From NCBI GenBank assembly GCA_964591925.1, contig CAZQCK010000002.1, forward strand, positions 2,647 through 64,757: a stretch of 62,111 nt of DNA, in the 5' to 3' direction. The stretch's first letter is position 1, and each line of letters begins with the position of its first letter. Under the pieces are notes generated by a model, which saw nothing but the letters and a program-made list of their open reading frames with translations, was not told where the DNA came from and did not search any database. A program made the position numbers and the translations under genes. This DNA is from an uncultured Desulfobacterales bacterium (GTDB taxonomy: Bacteria > Desulfobacterota > DSM-4660 > Desulfatiglandales > HGW-15). This document shows positions 58,512 through 62,111 of the stretch, piece after piece.

Positions 58512-59954
58512 CTACTCCAGGCTGAACTTGGAAATCTCTTCCACGATGGGAACAGGGTAGTTTCCGTCAAAGCAAGCAAAGCACAGGTCTTCTCTGGGAA
58601 TGGAGGTGGCCCCGGCCAGGTTTTCCAGGCTCAGGTAACCCAGGCTGTCCAGGCCTGCGAAGGCTCGAATCTCCTCCACCGATTTGCCGGCCGCGATGAG
58701 CTCGCCCCGCGTGGAAAAATCGATTCCATAATGGCACGGACAGCAGTGGGGAGGGCAACTCACGAGCATGTGAATTTCCTCGGCTCCCACGTCGCGAAGC
58801 GTCTTTATCCGCGTGCGGGCCGTGGTGCCCCGAATGATGGAGTCCTCGATGATGAGCACCCGCTTACCTCGAAGGAGCTCCCGTACCGGGTTCAACTTAA
58901 CCTTGACCCCGAAATCCCGCATGCTCTGGGAAGGCTGAATAAATGTGCGGCCCACATAGTGGTTTCGTATCATGCCCATCTCCAGGGGAATGCCCGAGGC
59001 CTGGGCATAGCCGATGGCCGCATAGTTTCCGGAGTCCGGAAAGGGCATGACGAAATCCGCCTGCACCGGGAATTCTTCCGCCAGAAGCCGTCCCTGCCTC
59101 TTTCTGAACCCGTAGACATTCTCCCCGAACACATTGCTGTCGGGACGGGCAAAGTAGATCAGCTCGAAAATGCACTGGGCTTTTCGCTCCCCCTGAAGAA
59201 GTGACAGGCTGCGCAGCCCGTCAGGCCCTATGACCAGGACTTCCCCCGGATCGATATCCCGAATGTACTCCGCCTCCACCAGGTCCAGTGCGCAGGTCTC
59301 GGAAGCAACTACATAGCCGGAGTTGAGCCTTCCCAGACAAAGGGGGCGAAAACCATTGCGGTCCCGAATGGCTATCAGGGTGTCCTCGGTCATGAGGACC
59401 ATGGAGTAGGCTCCCTGCACCATTCCGGCCATGTCAAGCACCGCCTGTTCCAGCCCCTTTTTCAGGGATTTCGCCACGAGATGAAGAATGATCTCACTGT
59501 CCATGGTGGTCTGAAAGATGGAACCCCTGCCCTCCAGACGATTGCGAAGCGTCCGTGCGTTGACCAGGTTGCCGTTGTGCGCAATGGCCAGGGAGCGCCC
59601 CGAATGCTTGACCGTGAAAGGCTGGGCATTGACCACCAGGGAGGATCCGGTGGTGCTGTATCGAACATGCCCGAGGGCCGTGTGGCCGGACAGCCGTCCC
59701 AGGATTCGTTCATTGAAGATGTCCGCCACCAGTCCCATTTCCTTGTGGGCGGTGACCCGGCTTCCGTCCGAAACCACAATCCCCGCGCTTTCCTGGCCCC
59801 GGTGTTGAAGCGCATAGAGGCCGAAATAGGTGAGCTTGGCGGCGTCTTCGTGATGGTACACCCCGAAGATGCCGCACTCCTCCCGCGGTCTGGGTAACCG
59901 TGCGGACTCCCCGGCCGGATCAAGTCTTGCCGAACCCATGGAATCGGCTCTCAT
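58512..59954 (-). CDS. purF: amidophosphoribosyltransferase
   Basis: 480 aa with an Ntn Cys in ...PREECGIFGVYHH (residue 27), a PRPP-binding loop (VLIIEDSIIRGTT) and C-terminal Cys residues typical of the Fe-S type. The ATG overlaps the carB stop. Confidence 0.9.
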   Translation of the reverse strand: MRADSMGSARLDPAGESARLPRPREECGIFGVYHHEDAAKLTYFGLYALQHRGQESAGIVVSDGSRVTAHKEMGLVADIFNERILGRLSGHTALGHVRYSTTGSSLVVNAQPFTVKHSGRSLAIAHNGNLVNARTLRNRLEGRGSIFQTTMDSEIILHLVAKSLKKGLEQAVLDMAGMVQGAYSMVLMTEDTLIAIRDRNGFRPLCLGRLNSGYVVASETCALDLVEAEYIRDIDPGEVLVIGPDGLRSLSLLQGERKAQCIFELIYFARPDSNVFGENVYGFRKRQGRLLAEEFPVQADFVMPFPDSGNYAAIGYAQASGIPLEMGMIRNHYVGRTFIQPSQSMRDFGVKVKLNPVRELLRGKRVLIIEDSIIRGTTARTRIKTLRDVGAEEIHMLVSCPPHCCPCHYGIDFSTRGELIAAGKSVEEIRAFAGLDSLGYLSLENLAGATSIPREDLCFACFDGNYPVPIVEEISKFSLE

Positions 59955-62111
59955 CAGGCACCACCTCCATGCGGGACGACCCGGCCGCCGGGCGGTGAGG
60001 ATTCATGAAACTCCTGCAGGGTCTTCACCTCCACGCGACCCCGCCGGAGCGCCTCTATGCCCAGAGCAGCGGCCCGTGCGCCTGCAACGGTGGTGGTGTA
60101 AGGGATGTTCAGGGCCAGCGCCGCCAGTCGAATGGAGATGGATTCGGAAACGGTCTTCTTGCCGCTCACCGTGTTGATGACCCAGGCGATTTCGTTGTTC
60201 TTGATCATGTCCACGATGTGGGGGCGGCCTTCTCGAACCTTGCTCACCCGCTGGTTTGCAACGCCGTGACCGGCCAGAAAACCCGAGGTCCCGGTCGTGG
60301 CTCGAATACCGAATCCCAGCCCCGCAAGCTTGGCCGCGGTCTCCAGCAGCGCCTCCTTGTCCTCGTCCTTCACGCTGATCAGGACGGTTCCCGACAGGGG
60401 CAGGCTCTGGCCGGCGGCCATCTGGCTCTTGGCAAAGGCCAGGCCGAAGTTGCTGTCGATCCCCATAACCTCCCCGGTGGATTTCATCTCCGGTCCCAGC
60501 AGAATGTCCACCCCGGGAAACCGGTTGAACGGAAACACGGACTCCTTGACCGACACGTGTCCCGGCACCACATCCTCTTTCAGGCCGAGGTCTTTGAGGC
60601 GCGCTCCCATGATGACCTTGGTGGCCAGCTTGGCCAGCGGCACACCGGTGGCCTTGCTCACGAAGGGAACGGTACGGGAGCCTCGGGGGTTCACCTCGAT
60701 GACGTAAACGGTGCCGTCCTTGACGGCGTACTGGATGTTCATGAGGCCCACCACGCCGAGCTCCCCGGCCAGGGCCCGGGTTTGGTCCTTGATCCTCTCC
60801 AGAACCCCGGAATCGAGACTCATGGGAGGAAGCACGCACGCACTGTCGCCGCTGTGAATGCCCGCCTCCTCAATGTGCTCCATGATGCCGCCGATGATGG
60901 TGTCCTCGCCGTCGGAAACGGCGTCCACGTCGATCTCCACGGCGTTTTCCAGAAACCGGTCCAGCAGCACGGGCTTGCCCGGAGAGACCTCCACGGCGGT
61001 GTGGATGTAAGACTCGAGGGCGCGCCGGTCATAGAGGATCTCCATGGCCCTTCCGCCCAGGACAAAGGAGGGCCGAACCACCACCGGATACCCGATCTCG
61101 TCCGCCAACCGGACGGCCTGTTCCTCATGAAAGGCTATGCGGTTTTCAGGCTGCAGAATGCCTAGCTTCTGCAACAGGGCCTGAAACCGCTCCCGGTCCT
61201 CTGCCCGATCAATGCTGTCCGGGCTGGTGCCCAGGATCCGGACTCCGGCCTGCTCCAGGGGGACGGCCAGGTTGAGCGGGGTCTGCCCCCCGAATTGCAC
61301 GATGACCCCTTCGGGCTGTTCCTGGTCTATGATGTTGAGCACATCCTCACGGGTGAGCGGCTCGAAGTAGAGCTTGTCCGAGGTGTCGTAATCCGTGCTC
61401 ACGGTCTCCGGATTGCTGTTGACCATGATGCTCTCCATGCCCATTTCCCTGAGGGCAAAGGAGGCGTGCACGCAGCAGTAATCGAACTCGATGCCCTGCC
61501 CTATGCGATTGGGTCCGCCGCCCAGGATCACCACCTTGCGCCTGTTGGAGACTCGAATCTCGTTTTCCTGCTCATAGGTGGAATAGAAATAGGGGGTAAA
61601 GGCTTCGAACTCCGCCGCGCAGGTGTCCACGAGCTTGTACACCGGCTCGATCCCGAGGCGCTTTCGGAGGTCCCGCACGTCCTGCTCACTGCACTCGAAT
61701 ACCACCCCCAGCTTCATGTCCGAGTAGCCGTACTCCTTGGCTGTTCTGAGGAGGTCCCGATTCTCTTCCAAGGCCGCCGGCCCTTTCTGCGAGACGGCAC
61801 ACAGCTCGCCTTCCAGAAGAAAAATCCGGTGGAGGTGGTACAGAAACCAGGGGTCGATATGGGTGAGTTCGTTCAGCCGCTCCAGGGAGAGCCCGGCCTC
61901 CATGGCCTGGTACAGGGTGAAAAGCCGCCCTGAATTGGGATTCACCAACCGCTCCTCCAGATCCGGCACATCCGGCAAAGGAGGACACGGACCGGGCCGA
62001 TCCCGGCCCAGGCCGAACCGTCCTATCTCCAGGGACCGGACCGCCTTCTGAAGGGACTCCTTGAAGGTGCGGCCGATGGCCATGGTCTCGCCCACGGATT
62101 TCATGGAGGTG
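59954..62111 (-). CDS. carB: carbamoyl-phosphate synthase large subunit (C-terminal ~719 aa; N-terminus beyond the window)
   Basis: The second ATP-grasp half, the oligomerisation region and the MGS-like allosteric domain are recognisable (VIEVNPRGSRTVPFVSKATGVPLAK, ...). The reading frame is open to the window edge. Confidence 0.9.
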   Translation of the reverse strand, partial: TSMKSVGETMAIGRTFKESLQKAVRSLEIGRFGLGRDRPGPCPPLPDVPDLEERLVNPNSGRLFTLYQAMEAGLSLERLNELTHIDPWFLYHLHRIFLLEGELCAVSQKGPAALEENRDLLRTAKEYGYSDMKLGVVFECSEQDVRDLRKRLGIEPVYKLVDTCAAEFEAFTPYFYSTYEQENEIRVSNRRKVVILGGGPNRIGQGIEFDYCCVHASFALREMGMESIMVNSNPETVSTDYDTSDKLYFEPLTREDVLNIIDQEQPEGVIVQFGGQTPLNLAVPLEQAGVRILGTSPDSIDRAEDRERFQALLQKLGILQPENRIAFHEEQAVRLADEIGYPVVVRPSFVLGGRAMEILYDRRALESYIHTAVEVSPGKPVLLDRFLENAVEIDVDAVSDGEDTIIGGIMEHIEEAGIHSGDSACVLPPMSLDSGVLERIKDQTRALAGELGVVGLMNIQYAVKDGTVYVIEVNPRGSRTVPFVSKATGVPLAKLATKVIMGARLKDLGLKEDVVPGHVSVKESVFPFNRFPGVDILLGPEMKSTGEVMGIDSNFGLAFAKSQMAAGQSLPLSGTVLISVKDEDKEALLETAAKLAGLGFGIRATTGTSGFLAGHGVANQRVSKVREGRPHIVDMIKNNEIAWVINTVSGKKTVSESISIRLAALALNIPYTTTVAGARAAALGIEALRRGRVEVKTLQEFHESSPPGGRVVPHGGGA

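Noticed and set aside
58188-59204. 338-aa plus-strand ORF
   Set aside because: Its first ~55 codons are read through the palindromic repeat; the same FVKTVFSRKDAKTLRK peptide recurs in the 46164 ORF. The rest is antisense to purF.
60005-61165. 386-aa plus-strand ORF and a 278-aa minus-strand out-of-frame ORF within carB
   Set aside because: They are shadow frames of the highly conserved carB coding sequence and are Gly/His/Arg/Pro-rich.

Overview
High-GC (about 60% by eye) bacterial chromosomal window. The gene content looks like a sigma-54-rich anaerobic Deltaproteobacteria/Desulfobacterota-type genome, which is inference only. I call about 47 tightly packed protein genes and one RNA gene, a large Alu-domain-type SRP RNA at 11248-11522. 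Housekeeping genes are asnS, a comB-like gene, a pilD + histidine kinase + sigma-54 response regulator operon, tsaC, sppA, rpsA, cmk, ihfB, pgeF, two zinc-ribbon genes + queD, kdsB, recJ, an ACT-domain gene, hflKC, a DUF721 gene, a tRNA methyltransferase, a DUF1015 gene, mtaD, an M23 peptidase gene, putA, purF and carB (cut by the window end). A nitrogen-control island at 43.2-51.2 kb holds amt-glnK-glnD on the minus strand and a second PII-glnD pair on the plus strand, with a near-consensus sigma-54 promoter in front of amt. A second sigma-54 promoter precedes an operon of two orphan LivK-type binding proteins and a hybrid histidine kinase (38.5-43.1 kb). The most unusual part is a MarR-headed, same-strand cluster at 24.8-37.4 kb. 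It holds two short MttB-family paralogs, an AsnB-like protein whose catalytic Cys is replaced by Ala, a SoxB-like flavoprotein, a half-length PqqB/PhnP-like MBL protein, a 1519-aa GlmS-like protein with extra domains, and a nitrilase-superfamily hydrolase. I cannot map this combination to any described pathway, and it is my best candidate for an undescribed system. Two non-coding repeat families are visible directly. One is a MITE with 14-bp terminal inverted repeats and 3-bp target-site duplications (two full copies plus remnants). The other is a long-hairpin palindromic element of about 115-140 bp (four to five copies). Both sit in intergenic or promoter-proximal positions, including inside the unusual cluster. 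I saw no rRNA, tRNA, CRISPR array, transposase, integrase or phage gene. Many long ORFs in the track are antisense or out-of-frame shadows of real genes, as expected at this GC content, and are not called. Feature coordinates not taken from the track were anchored to track ORFs by frame checks, but RNA and repeat ends may be off by a few nt.
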